The position numbers and the translations under genes are program-made. Shown here piece after piece: positions 44,698-57,097 of a DNA stretch of 64,000 bases. Location of the stretch: contig CBDCNP010000002.1 in NCBI GenBank assembly GCA_965219415.1, positions 2,624,001-2,688,000 on the forward strand, in the 5' to 3' direction. Each line of letters begins with the position of its first letter. The first letter of the stretch is position 1. This DNA comes from Candidatus Marinacidobacterales bacterium. Lineage in GTDB: Bacteria; Acidobacteriota; Vicinamibacteria; Marinacidobacterales; DATDRI01. The notes beneath the pieces were generated by a model. It saw only the letters and a list, made by a program, of their open reading frames with translations, had not been told where the DNA came from and searched no databases.

Positions 44698-46842
44698 CTA
44701 AGCCATGGGGCGACTGCCACCGGACTGATCCGTCGCGTCAGCATGGCCGAAGACCGTTGCGTTGAGCCCGGCAATCAGCCTGCCAAGGGATTCCTCGCCG
44801 CCGAACACTCGCCGCGCCTGGTCGTATCCTCCCAGGGCGGTGAAGGGGTGCTCATCGAAATCGTAATCCACGAAGGATTCGATGTTCAGGGCATCAGCCT
44901 TCACCCGGCTACCGATCAGCCCCGCCCATCGGGCCTGTTCGGCAGTGGTGAACCCTTGCTCGCCTTGCCAGGCCTCGATGCGCAAGCCGACTTCGGCCGC
45001 GAGCGCCTCGTGCTCCGGCGTACGTACGATCCGGCCATTCTCGTCGAGAGTCACCCACTCGCGGGTCGCGGGATCGATATGGTCGTCCACATCGAGGGTC
45101 AGCAGGATGCGCGGATCGTCCGGCCCATCCCGCTTTGTCCTTTCCTTCACGACGCCGCCATCCATGCCGTCATCGTCGTCGCCATGGAAATCCGTCACGC
45201 CCACGAAATCAAAGATCGTGAAGCCGGTCTTGCCGATGTGCTCGGCCTTGCGCGTCCCACGCCCCCGCATCTGGCGGTAGAGGATACCGCTCTTGGTGAA
45301 CCGTGCCATTACCAGATTGACTACCTCTGGGCAGTCGAAGCCGGTATCGAGCATGTTCACACTGACCAGAATCTGGGGAAACTTCTCCTCCTTGAAGCGC
45401 TTGATGATCGCGCTCGTATCCGGTCCGGGACCGTCGCCCACGTCGCTCACCACAAAATCCGCGAAACGTGTCGTTGGATGCGGTTTCAGATCCGCGAAGT
45501 GCTCATCGAGCATCTGCGCCAGCGTCTCCGCATGGCGCCTCGTTACGGCGAACACAATGGTCTTGCCTCCAGGAAGGAAAACGCCTGATCCCATCCTTAC
45601 CCATGAACCCCTTCTCGAAGCAGTCACGATACTCGCGCACCATGGCGCGGTTGCGCTCGGGAATCGTGAATTTCCGTTCCAGCGCTTGCGGGTCCACGGT
45701 GATGCTGTCCGATTCGGCGAACAGTTTCTCGAACTCAGCCTTTGCGGCGGGGGCCATGGCGCTCCAGTCGAGTTCGTCGCGGCCGACCGCGAACCCATCA
45801 TCGGCAGCGGTCTTCACCGTCATCGCCTTGTAGATGCGATAGGGAACGAGATGGCCGCCTTCGATGGCCTGCCGCAGCGTGTATCGGAAGGTCGGCTCCT
45901 CAAGCTCGAAAAAGCGCAGCGTGTCGCGCACGAACAGGCCGTCCTCGGCGTCGGCGGCTGCATCCGCCTCGGCAGTGCATGGTGTGGCGGTCAACCCCAG
46001 TTGAATGCTGTCGAAATGCCGGAGCACGCCACTCCACTTGCCGTATATCGAGCGGTGGCATTCATCGGTAATCACCAGATCGAAGTAGCCAGGCGACAGT
46101 TCCCGGTACTCTGCAATCATCGTCTGCAAAGTCGCAATCGTGATCCGCTTGGCGCGGTCGAACCCCCGGCCAGGGCGCAACACATGGCAGGGATAATCGC
46201 GGAGATGGTCCGTGAAGGCATCCTCAGCCTGTCCCGCTAGGGCGATCCGGTCCACGAGGAACAGGACGCGCGTGACAAATGCCGGCCTCGAACAGGCGCT
46301 TGACAAAAGCCGCTGCCGTCCGGGTCTTGCCGGCGCCGGTTGCCATCTCGACCAGCAGTTTGCGGCGTCCGCGCAAAATCTCGGCCGACAGCACCTCGAT
46401 GCAATCGATTTGGTAGTCACGATCGACAATCCTGCTGTCGATTGCTACGCTGGACAGGTCTCGGCGAACCGTGCGCACGGCAATCCGCCGCTCCAGGTCA
46501 TCCTGCGAATAAAGGCCTGCGATCTTTCGGGCATGCGTGTTGGTTTCGCGGGTCTAGGAACCATACTTCCTCGCCGTTTGAAAGGAAGACAAACGGAACG
46601 TCGAGTTGTTCGGCATAGTGGCAGCCCTGGTCGCGGGCATCGACGGGATTGATGCTGGCGCGCTTGGCTTCAAGTGCCGCCATAGGGCGCCCGGACCGGT
46701 CGCAGAGCACGTAGTCGGACTGTGTGCCGTCCGGCAGCGCGCATTCGAAGCGGACACTCACGCCGTCAGTGAGATCCCAGCCGGCATCCCTCAGCAGGGC
46801 GTCGATCTTGACGCGGGAGAAGGCTTCGGTCGTTCCGCTCAT
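44698..46842 (-). pseudogene. hsdR: Type I R-M R subunit, several frameshifts
   Basis: EAFSRVKIDALL, LEAKR, MATGAGKT, DECHRS, GLTATP, QMRGRGTR in different frames. Confidence 0.9.
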
Positions 46843-47270
46843 GCGTCGTCCCATGGATTGAAGAGTTCGACCCCCATATCCTCGAAGTCCCGAACGTTGC
46901 GCGTCGCCACCGCCATGCCGCGTGCCCGGGCAATTGCCGCGATCTGGCAGTCCGCCGGTGCGACGGCACGCCCTGCGAACCGGCGCTTGGCGGCGATATT
47001 CGCATAAGCACGCGCCGCCCCGCTGTCGAACGGCAATATGCGGTTCTCGAAGGCGGCGTGCAGCATCGTCTCGATATCTGAGACGAGCGTTTCCCGGCGC
47101 TGGCCTGCCGACATGATCGCGGCTCCATAGCGCAGTTCGGATTCGCCGATCGCCGAGAAGAACAGGTCCTTGACGGGGTGCTCGGCAATCCACGCCTCGA
47201 CTGCGGGGTCCGGCGACGTGCGCATCAACTCCGATACGACATTGGTGTCGAGCAGGATCACGGCTGTTCC
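46839..47270 (-). CDS. vapC: PIN-domain toxin (VapC/FitB); start approximate
   Basis: ILLDTNVVSELMR, ADCQIAAIA, VATRNVRDF. Confidence 0.92.
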   Translation of the reverse strand, partial: GTAVILLDTNVVSELMRTSPDPAVEAWIAEHPVKDLFFSAIGESELRYGAAIMSAGQRRETLVSDIETMLHAAFENRILPFDSGAARAYANIAAKRRFAGRAVAPADCQIAAIARARGMAVATRNVRDFEDMGVELFNPWDDA

Positions 47271-47271
47271 C

Positions 47272-47514
47272 TCAATCGAAGGATGGTGGCTCACGACCTA
47301 CATCGCGCGGTGGCAACTCCAGGTCCACACCCTTGGAAGGCCCGAAATGCACACGGATGATGTCTGCTAGGTTATAAGAACTTGGCCTGCGTTCGACCGC
47401 ATCCCGCAGGATCAAGCGCGCCTCCTCTTCCATGGAACGGCCGTTGCCCGCCGCACGGACGCGCAGCCGCGACTTCACATCGTCGTCGAGATTGCGGATA
47501 GTAATGCTGGCCAT
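47272..47514 (-). CDS. FitA-like ribbon-helix-helix antitoxin
   Basis: MASITIRNLDDDVKSRLRVRAAGNGRSMEEEAR. Confidence 0.9.
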   Translation of the reverse strand: MASITIRNLDDDVKSRLRVRAAGNGRSMEEEARLILRDAVERRPSSYNLADIIRVHFGPSKGVDLELPPRDVGREPPSFD

Positions 47515-47615
47515 CGTGACACCTCCTTGCGTCGAGTCTATATTATGATTGCGCTGCAATCAAGACCGCTTCCCCTGCATCCATCCGGAGTGTGGGAATA
47601 TTAGAATTCGGAGGC

Positions 47616-49006
47616 TGTGATCCGCAAAAAAGAAGATCGCGTATTGACGGGCAGACAGCCATGGGAGTTGAGGTCCTGAGAACTCGTGTTCGCCTCGGTG
47701 GAGGTTCTGCACTCTGTCGCCGCCGAGCCACCGACGCAATAACGTGCTCAAGAAATAACGCATTATTCGCCGCGAGAGGCTAGCTCAGTCAGGCGACGCG
47801 TGACAACCGGTAATCGTGATGGAGCCCACCAAGGACCGGCCTCGAGGCAACGACGCGCTGGGCGGGTAATCGATGTCGGTGCTGGTCCCGGTTTCATCGG
47901 AAGCTCGACACAGGGGGTGGGAAGGCGTGGGCCGAGCGATGAATGTGGTCTCGCCCGATTGTAGTACTCACGCCATTTGGTCAAGAGTCGGCGAAGATGT
48001 TCCTCTGACAGCGGTATCAGAAAATCCAAGCACTCCCGGCGTGTGGTGCCGATGAGTCTCTCACAGTAGGCATTCGCCTGCGGTGCTCTGCGCGGCGTCC
48101 TCAACGGCCGAACACCCATCCCCCGGACGGAGCGGCGGAGGTTTGTTGAGAACTTGTCATCGCGGTCCACGATGACGAATCGATAGTCGTGCTCGCACCC
48201 AATCACCTCCCGGAACTGTTGCAGCGTCCACTCCGCGGTCGGATGCGCCGTCACGTTGAAGTGAAGCATCTTGCGGGTGCCGATTTCCATGATGACGAAG
48301 ACGTAAAGCACGCGAAAGCTGACGGTGACTACGTTGAAAAAATACGCAGCGACGACCGCTTTTGCGTGATTCCGCACGAATGTCGCCCAGCGATGCGACG
48401 CATTGCGCCGGTCCGGGCTGCCGTCATCTCGAATGGGTATGTACTTCCGAACGGTGCGCGGCGAGACGCGGATGCCAAGCTTGACGAGGAACTCGTTGGC
48501 GATTCTCTCTTCGCCCCACGTGATGTTCGTGACCGCCATTTCGGCGGTTCGTTTTTTTAGATCCTCTGGTAGTGTTGGACGTCTTTTGGGCCGAGACTTC
48601 CAACGCCAGAACAGCCGAAACCCTTTCCTGTGCCACAGAACAAGCGTATCGGGCTTGACCACGATAAGGGCTTCCTTCCAGTCGAATAGCCTCGCGAGAG
48701 TCGCCATCGTGAGCCGTGTGGCCTTATCCGTGCGCCGAGGCGCTTGCTTACGCTCGACAAAGAACGGGAGCTGCTTCCGAAGGAAAAGGTTCTCTGCGGC
48801 GAGGGCGCTGCGCGAGCGGCATAGGTTGCGAGCGAACGCGATGGCGTCCAGAACAATAGACCGGATATTCGAAAACAGTGGCACGAGCGAACCTCTCCTC
48901 GTTCCCAAGACGCTGGTGGCGTCGTCGGGTCGACCGGCACGAAGCAGCCGAGCATGGCAGCTCTAAACCGCGCAATCAACGCCGGATCGACTTTTTGCGG
49001 AGCACA
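47616..49006 (-). mobile_element. rve/DDE (IS481-like) IS with E/F TIRs
   Basis: TGTGATCCGCAAAAA ... TTTTTGCGGAGCACA; transposase 47763-48908 with first catalytic Asp apparently changed (AAYFF) and C-terminal frameshift. Confidence 0.85.
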
Positions 49007-49059
49007 GCTAGCGAATTCGTGGAACTTCAAGCGATTCGGGTCCGATTCCGCCTTCTGTG

Positions 49060-49302
49060 AGACGAAGCTTCCTCCCGCAAAGCCGAGCTTTGAGGACTCT
49101 GTTCTCCCCGAGCAAGTAGACCATAGCGGCCTGTTGGTCACGCTGGAGCCAACCAGCGATGACGACCACCAACAATATAAAGGGCTGGATCGGCGTGCTC
49201 ATGACCGAGGATTTTAGCTTCCATGGGCGAACCAAGCCTAGACACCTCTCATCCGAAACGTCCCGGCCCGCAGGTCTTGAGTTTGTATTTTTGGACACGA
49301 CG
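49060..49302 (-). mobile_element. G left end with transposase start fragment
   Basis: MSTPIQPFILLVVVIAGWLQRDQQ...ENRVLK; terminus TTTTTGGACACGACG. Confidence 0.8.
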
Positions 49303-49368
49303 GGCTTCCCGATGGTAGAAACGTAGCAACCCCGATAGGTCACATAACCCTTCGCGGGAAGTGTGCAG

Positions 49369-49519
49369 GAGCGCGTAGTGCGGGAAAGCCGTACGCTGCG
49401 TGCGATGTGGCCGGGGCTGGAAACGGACTTACGGTGCGGCTAGTGAGCCACTCCCACAGGAAACGGGGAGAAACAGATAGGCCGCGCCTACGGAGCACCG
49501 CGCCAGCCCTCGACCCTAC
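49369..49519 (+). ncRNA. Group II intron 3' remnant (domains V-VI)
   Basis: GAGCGCGTAGTGCGGGAAAGCCGTACGCTGCGTGCGATGTGGC (DV-like); GGGGCTGG...CCAGCCCTC stem ending GACCCTAC. Confidence 0.75.
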
Positions 49520-49750
49520 CGGGATAGGCGTCCAGCACGACCTTCACGGTGAGCGCGTTGTAGAATTTGATCCAGTACGCCATCTGCTCCGCACGGATGT
49601 ATTCCCGAGGGTCAATCTCTTCCAGGTATTCGAGGTATCCAGCCAGCTTCGCCGCGTCGGCGGGATTCGCTGCAAGCGCAGCATAATAGACGAGATTGAC
49701 GCCCGCGCGGTCGGGGTCGACGTAGCCGTCCAGGATCTCCTGCAACGGGT
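49520..49750 (-). pseudogene. DUF547-like fragment
   Basis: EQMAYWIKFYNALTVKVVLDAYP. Confidence 0.65.
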
Positions 49751-49794
49751 CCGGGGCGACCCTGGGTGCCCGCCTACGGTCTTGAGAAAACGAG

Positions 49795-50040
49795 TTACGA
49801 ATCCTTGGTCTTGAGCTGGGCTTTGTTTTCTTGAATGAAGGCGCGGATGTCATCTGTCATCTCAAGCAGTTTCTCCCACTGCTCCTTGTATAAGGTCACC
49901 GGGAAACGGCCCAGTCCGTAAACGGAGACGCCGCCCTTTTGGCTGACTTTGAGGGAGAGCTCTTTTTCACTGCGCTTCTTGAGCGTTTCATTCTCAGCTT
50001 GCAAGCGCTCTAGTTCTTTCTTCATTTCTTCCGGTGTCAT
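49795..50040 (-). CDS. Small conserved-looking hypothetical protein
   Basis: Coiled coil then LKVSQKGGVSVYGLGRFPVTLYKEQW; RBS GGAGG. Confidence 0.75.
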   Translation of the reverse strand: MTPEEMKKELERLQAENETLKKRSEKELSLKVSQKGGVSVYGLGRFPVTLYKEQWEKLLEMTDDIRAFIQENKAQLKTKDS

Positions 50041-50263
50041 GTCGCTCACGATTTGCCTCCGTGCTTTCGACTGTGTCGCCTCTATCCGATGAAACAGATG
50101 AGTCCCCGAGTGAGACACTAAAACGTAGCCCTGCCCCATCCCCGTCCGCGTACGATGCGGCCGGGCTTCGCTGGATAATAGCAGGTACGAGATTCGCCCA
50201 AGACCGTACGAGATGGCCCGTACGTCGTACTGCTCGGAGCGGGAGCCAGCCGAGCCGCGTTCC

Positions 50264-50345
50264 CGTCCTGTGCTAAAACTCGGCCCTTTTGAAATAGGCC
50301 ATAAATCAGCAGCTTAGTGTCTGTGTTCGCGACTGGGCCAAGCCC
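50264..50345. repeat. Type A end
   Basis: CGTCCTGTGCTAAAACTCGGCCCTTTTGAAATAG. Confidence 0.9.
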
Positions 50346-50730
50346 GAATTCTGATCGTTCGTGCATAGCATTTGTCGAAGGTCCTCACTCATTTTCTGGT
50401 GCGCTCAGCCTGGAGATAGGTCGCGTCGGTAGGACAGGGCCAGGACGCGCAGGCGGCCCCGTACTGTGATGCTGAACTGCGCCGAGAATCCCGGAGAGTG
50501 TTTTAGTTGAGTCTTGCCATCTCGAGCACGTTATTGCGTCGGTGGTCTGGCGGCGACAGCGTGCTGTATTTCCAACGCGTCGAAGAAGAGTTCGCAGGAC
50601 GTCGCTCTCATGGCTGTCTGTCCATCGATACGGGATCTTCTTTTTTGCGGATCACAGCTGACCGACACGTACTTGAGTCCCCGCACCTCGACACCGACGG
50701 AGGGCTTGTACTTCAGATACGGCAGCAGCT

Positions 50731-52186
50731 TCACGATGCCACCTCCTCCCAGGCTGGTCGCCTACTGACTCTGCGCACTCGCAACAGTTCTGCCTACAAG
50801 GGGCTCTATGCGTTGCTGATGCGTGACGGCGGCCGTGCCGCACTGGCGAGCCGATTGAGGCACAGGCTTTTTTCGACGACAAGATCGACATTGGGCTCCG
50901 CCGCCTCGCCACGGACCAGGGCGACGACCTCCGGTAGATCCCGCGCAAAACGGCTCTCAATAGCGCCGCCGTAGAGTTCGCCCAGCACACCGCACCAATA
51001 CCATCGTGCAATCTTGCGCCGCGCTCCCTCCGTTCTCACCGGCTTTGCCGAGGTCAGTAAAAATTGCCGCCAGGGGCACGAGCTGGGTACGGTAGGGCAG
51101 ATCGCGTGCCTTGAATATCTTCTGCCCGTGCAGAAAGCGCGCTGCTCGTACGAAGCCATCTTCCACCCGGTCGGCCCAGTCCTGCCAGTCCGCGACCTCG
51201 AGCTTAAGGATGTCCTTGCGCTTGCAAGTGATGCCAGGCGCCTTGTCCGTGGTCGTGCCGCCATCGAGCGCAGCGCGGCGGCGCGTTTGCGTCACTAGCA
51301 GCGACATGGCCTGGAGGAAGTCGTCGCTCTGCAGGTTGCGCAGCACCGGATGTTGAGTTTTTAGCCGAGTCTCGCGGCCGTTCCAGTCGTCGCGAAGCTG
51401 GAAGTCGTCTGCAGCGAACGAGGCTGTGAGCAGTTCGAACACAGTGAGCGCCACGCCGCCGGTATTGACGCGCTCAAAGACCAGGCACACCGCTTCCTTG
51501 GGGGTTTCCTTCTTTAGCTCAATGACCGGCACCTGGTACTGTTCGAAGCGCTTGATCACCTCAAGTTCGAACTCGTTGAACAGGCGCATCTCGTCCGTGT
51601 CAAAGCTCCAGTGCTCGCTGTAGGCTTGGCGCCACTTGGCACTGCCGAAGATCCGGTTGACGGGGAAGAGATCGACCGCGTACTCGCGCTCCGGGCTCGT
51701 CACATCCAGAGTGATGTCGCCGCCGAAGGCCTTGACCAAGCGGTCCTCGGGCACGCTCAGCACCACGTCCTCCTGGTCGGCTTCTGGGCGGACGGCTCCC
51801 TTCATGTCGATGTAGTACCAGCGATGGATCGGCTTGCCCTTGGCATCTCTGGTCTCCACCGCTGACTGACTCTTGAGGGCCTGGTAGAGCGAGGTCAGCC
51901 GTTGTTGGCCGTCGAGGATGAGAACCTCAGGCGCGATTTCGCGCAAGCGAGTGTCGGCCCCGGCCAGCGGTCGGGGCTTGAAGCGGATGTGCTCGCCGCC
52001 AGTCTGGAGCAGCATCACCGCGCCGATCGGGAAGGACACTGAGACACTCGCGAGCAGGCTCTTGATGTGCTCGTCGTCCCAGATCCAGCCGCGCTGGAAA
52101 TCGGGAAGCTGCAGGCTGCCGCGGGCAGCGAACCCGAGCAGGTCTTGCAAGGGTGTTTTGGTGCTGTCAAAGCTGGCGCCAATCAT
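50731..52186 (-). pseudogene. DUF262 (GmrSD-like) protein, frameshifted, with inverted 3' piece
   Basis: LQLPDFQRGWIW, LDGQQRLTSL, VFERVNTGG; continuation on + strand at 50731-50892. Confidence 0.85.
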
Positions 52187-52237
52187 GGGCTTACTCCATT
52201 GCTATCAGTCACCTCGGCGAGCCGATCGAGAATCTCG

Positions 52238-52330
52238 TGCTGCAGTGGGTGCTTCTGTCATGAGCTGTTGGCAGCCAAGCTCTAACCCGTGCGCGTGGTA
52301 AAGTTTGAGCCTGATTTCTAGAGACATGGT
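52238..52330. repeat. Degenerate B2 end
   Basis: GGTGCTTCTGTCATGAGCTGTTGG...TTTGAGCCTGATTTCTAGAGAC resembles the reverse complement of 18320-18396. Confidence 0.6.
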
Positions 52331-52958
52331 TTCTCTCATAGACAAGGTCCACGCAATGAGTGTGGTTCATCGGAATCGCATGGTCGCGCTCCGTCGACCG
52401 TCTAGCAGCGCCTCACCCGTATAAGCGCACCGCCCGCAGAACCAGTCGAGCGTCCGGTCCCATTCCAGTTCCGTCAGGCCGCCCAGCTTCTCCCCAGCGT
52501 CCGAGAGGATGACGCGCATAGATGCGTTTGCGGCATCGCCTGGATTCCATTTTCTGGTCTGCTGGGCTATTAGCTGAGCCTCCCGGCACGTATGTCTTCG
52601 ACTCTAATTTAGCGATGCCATGACAAGGGCCGCAAATTACCTCCGCCACCAGATACGCGCTTGTATCGCCAGGACTGCTTCCTACAATGACCCCCGGAAG
52701 CCGCGCAACAGGTCTGGAACCGTTTCATCGCGTTCGGGTTTCAGTGAACCTGTAACAGAGGGCACACCAAATCCTCTTAGCGCGGCTTGGTTACTTCGAG
52801 TCGGATGCCTGCGGCCCGGCACAGGAATTCCAACCTATCGGAGACTCGCTTCCAGCCGGCGTGCGTATCCACGTAATAGCCGCCGACGAGCTTGGCTGTC
52901 CCTTTGTTTACTTGATTCGGATTATTGATATACACAAGTTCTGGAGTTTCAGCGATAT

Positions 52959-54276
<1,318 letters not shown>

Positions 54277-54294
54277 ACGCCAACAAGGTCAAGG

Positions 54295-54417
54295 GCTGGA
54301 GCGGTGTGCTCATGACCGAGGATTCTAGCTCCCATTGGCCAACCAAGCGTAGACACGTTTATTATGAAACGTCCCGGCGAGCCGGTCTTGAGTTCGTTTG
54401 TGTTTTTGGACACGACG
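54295..54417. repeat. Type G end
   Basis: Similar to 49185-49302; terminus TTTTTGGACACGACG. Confidence 0.85.
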
Positions 54418-54434
54418 ACCACTGACGAAACCAT

Positions 54435-55988
54435 ATGGCTGAGGTCCCGAAGGTCGACTACAAGCTGGGTCAGGACAACGTCCAACTCCTCGGCCTCGAC
54501 ATCCACAATCCGGTCTTCGTCGTCTCCAGTCTGACCATCATCGCGTTCGTTTCAGGCGTGCTAGTGTTCCAGGCCGGGGCGGCGGCCGCCTTCGGGGCGC
54601 TGCGCGCATGGCTCATGTCGACCTTCGACTGGGTGTTCATGAGCGCGGGCAACCTCTTCGTGCTCTTCTGCCTGATGTTGGTGGTAACGCCGCTCGGCCG
54701 CGTGCGTCTGGGAGGCGCGAATGCCCGGCCGGACTACTCCCGCTCGGCTTGGTTCGCCATGCTGTTCGCTGCCGGGATAGGCATCGGCCTGATGTTCTTC
54801 GGGGTGTCGGAGCCGGTGGAGCACTTCCTGCAACCGCCGCTCGGTCTCAAGGCGACCGACACGGCGGCAGCCCGCCTCGGCTTGGCCAGCGCCATCTACC
54901 ACTGGGGAATCCATGGGTGGGCCATGTACGCAGTGGTGGCGCTGGGGATTGCCTTCGCATCGTACAACCTCGGCCTGCCGATGACACTACGGTCGGCGTT
55001 CTATCCGCTCATGGGGGATGCGGTGTGGGGCCGGTTCGGCCACGGCATCGACACCCTCGCCGTCTTCGCCACGCTCTTTGGGCTGGCCACGTCGCTCGGC
55101 CTGGGTGCCCAACAGGCGGCGGCGGGGCTGGCCCACCTGTTGGGCGCGCCGGCGACCAACACCACCACCACCCAGGTGCTGCTGATCGTCGGCATCACCA
55201 GCATGGCGCTGGCGTCGGTTGTTAGCGGGATGGAGAAGGGCGTCAAGCGGCTGAGCGAGGCCAACCTGCTGCTCGCCCTGCTACTGCTGGCGTTCATGCT
55301 GACGGTCGGACCGACGCTCGACATTGTCACCGGCACCGTGACCAGCCTCGGCCAGTATCTCGCGGCGATCGGCCCCCTCAGCAACTGGGTGGGCCGAGAG
55401 GATCTCGACTTCATGCACGGCTGGACTGTCTTCTTCTGGGCCTGGTGGATCTCATGGTCCCCGTTCGTCGGTTTGTTTATCGCGCGGGTCTCGCGCGGCC
55501 GGACGGTGCGCGAGCTGACTGCCTGCATGCTGATCATCCCGACGCTGGTTGCCGCGATCTGGATGAACGCCTTCGGCGGGACTGCGGTATCGCAGTACGT
55601 TGACCACGGTCATCCCGAGGTGATCGCGGCGGTGCAGGCGCAGCAGCCGGAGATAGCCCTGTTTACGATGCTGGAGACGCTGCCGCTTGCGAACATCACG
55701 TCGTTCCTCGGCATCGTGCTGATTGTAGTGTTCTTCGTCACATCCTCCGACTCTGGATCGCTGGTCATCGACACCGCCGGCGGCAAGCTGGATGCGCCAG
55801 TCGCCCAGCGAGTGTTCTGGTGCGTTCTCGAGGGGATCATCGCCATCGCGCTGCTGCTCGGCGGCGGCCTCGTGGCTGCACAGGCAGCCACCCTCGCCAC
55901 CGGCCTCCCCTTCGCTTTGGTGCTGGTCGCCATGTGCTACAGCACCTGGAAGGGGCTGCGCGCAAGCACAGTGGGCAGGGCCAGTTAA
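54435..55988 (+). CDS. BCCT family (betaine/carnitine/choline) transporter
   Basis: WFAMLFAAGIGIGLMFFG, YHWG, WTVFFWAWWISWSPFVG, FFVTSSDS. Confidence 0.95.
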   Translation: MAEVPKVDYKLGQDNVQLLGLDIHNPVFVVSSLTIIAFVSGVLVFQAGAAAAFGALRAWLMSTFDWVFMSAGNLFVLFCLMLVVTPLGRVRLGGANARPDYSRSAWFAMLFAAGIGIGLMFFGVSEPVEHFLQPPLGLKATDTAAARLGLASAIYHWGIHGWAMYAVVALGIAFASYNLGLPMTLRSAFYPLMGDAVWGRFGHGIDTLAVFATLFGLATSLGLGAQQAAAGLAHLLGAPATNTTTTQVLLIVGITSMALASVVSGMEKGVKRLSEANLLLALLLLAFMLTVGPTLDIVTGTVTSLGQYLAAIGPLSNWVGREDLDFMHGWTVFFWAWWISWSPFVGLFIARVSRGRTVRELTACMLIIPTLVAAIWMNAFGGTAVSQYVDHGHPEVIAAVQAQQPEIALFTMLETLPLANITSFLGIVLIVVFFVTSSDSGSLVIDTAGGKLDAPVAQRVFWCVLEGIIAIALLLGGGLVAAQAATLATGLPFALVLVAMCYSTWKGLRASTVGRAS

Positions 55989-55998
55989 CCCTGCCACG

Positions 55999-56069
55999 CG
56001 TCCTGTGCCAAAACTCTGCCCTTGGTGGATAGAGTCTTCGAGGGTTCGGTTGTATTTTTGGACACGACG
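55999..56069. mobile_element. Hybrid A-G mini-element, 71 bp
   Basis: CGTCCTGTGCCAAAACTC ... GTATTTTTGGACACGACG. Confidence 0.8.
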
Positions 56070-56159
56070 GGCTCGTGTCCTTGTTTGTCAACTACCGCCA
56101 AATCTCACGAAAGTAGCCGGTGAATCTCGGTCAACGTAGCCACCTGGAGCGAAGGCGTG

Positions 56160-56219
56160 GTCGGTCAAATGCTTGAAGCGCTTGAAGTCCTTGATTATGG
56201 CGCTCTTGAACTTCATCTT
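56160..56219 (-). pseudogene. N-terminal stub of an AAA/ABC ATPase
   Basis: MKFKSAIIKDFKRFKHLT. Confidence 0.45.
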
Positions 56220-56460
56220 CGTCCCTCTATCGCGGTAGCGGTTTTCGTTGCCATGGCTTTTCGTCCTAGCTGGCAGCGGCCAAGCCGGTGATGGCCTAGC
56301 GCAAGCCTTCCAGGTGAGCCGCGTCTTGCCGTAGGGGTCACTCCTCCATGGGTCAAAATCGCACGTCAAGGCGCTAAGGGTGCTTCTTAGGCCGTAGCAA
56401 GCGGATGACTGAGGTGTGCGACTGACCCCGAGGCGCTTGGCGATCTCCCGCCGGCGGGCT

Positions 56461-57097
56461 GCCTTGGTGCACAACTCCGATAGAGGCCGAGAGCTCGCTT
56501 GGCCCCGACTCCCATCATCCGATCATCTCGCTATCAGGCATCCCGAGCGCCGTCATGGTGTTGAGAATCTTGCACCCGATCCTTGCCTCACCTCTCTGTG
56601 CCGCCAACCCTTCTCGCTCGCATCGCTGAGCCCACGATAGCCTTGTAGCGATGGAACGTTGTCTCGACTTTGCTCCGTTTGCTGTAGCCCGATTCTGTGT
56701 GCCACTTTCGTTTGCCGAGCCGAGCTTGTGCTGCAATGTTGCGATTGCGCTGTCGGCTGCTCGCCGGCCCCGATGCGAGCAGGGCGCCCTTGCGCGGCGG
56801 TATCAGCACCCTCGGCGAGCGATGAGCGCTGTGATTCTCGATTGCCTCATAGACGCCGCCGGCGTCGTATGCGGTGTCAGCTCTGGCCGATGAGATGGGA
56901 CTGTCGATCTGTCCGACAAGCGATGCAACCCGCGATGAATCGCGGGCTCTTTTGCTCGTCAGCTCGCCGGCGACGACTTCGCCACTCTGCTCGTCGACAC
57001 ACAGATGGAGCTTGCGATAGTCCCTGCTCTTTTGTGCTCTGCGCAGCTGGCCGGCGTGGACAGCGAGACCGCTGCTGTCGAACAAGATGTGCAACGG
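56461..57097 (-). mobile_element. IS5-family (IS903-like) 3' part
   Basis: FDSSGL, YRKLHLCVDE, ADTAYD, IPPRK, GYSKRSKVETTFHRYK; end GCCTTGGTGCACAACTC. Confidence 0.88.

Noticed and set aside
49369-49519. Retron, DGR or active retroelement
   Set aside because: No reverse transcriptase ORF and no TR/VR pair seen in the window.
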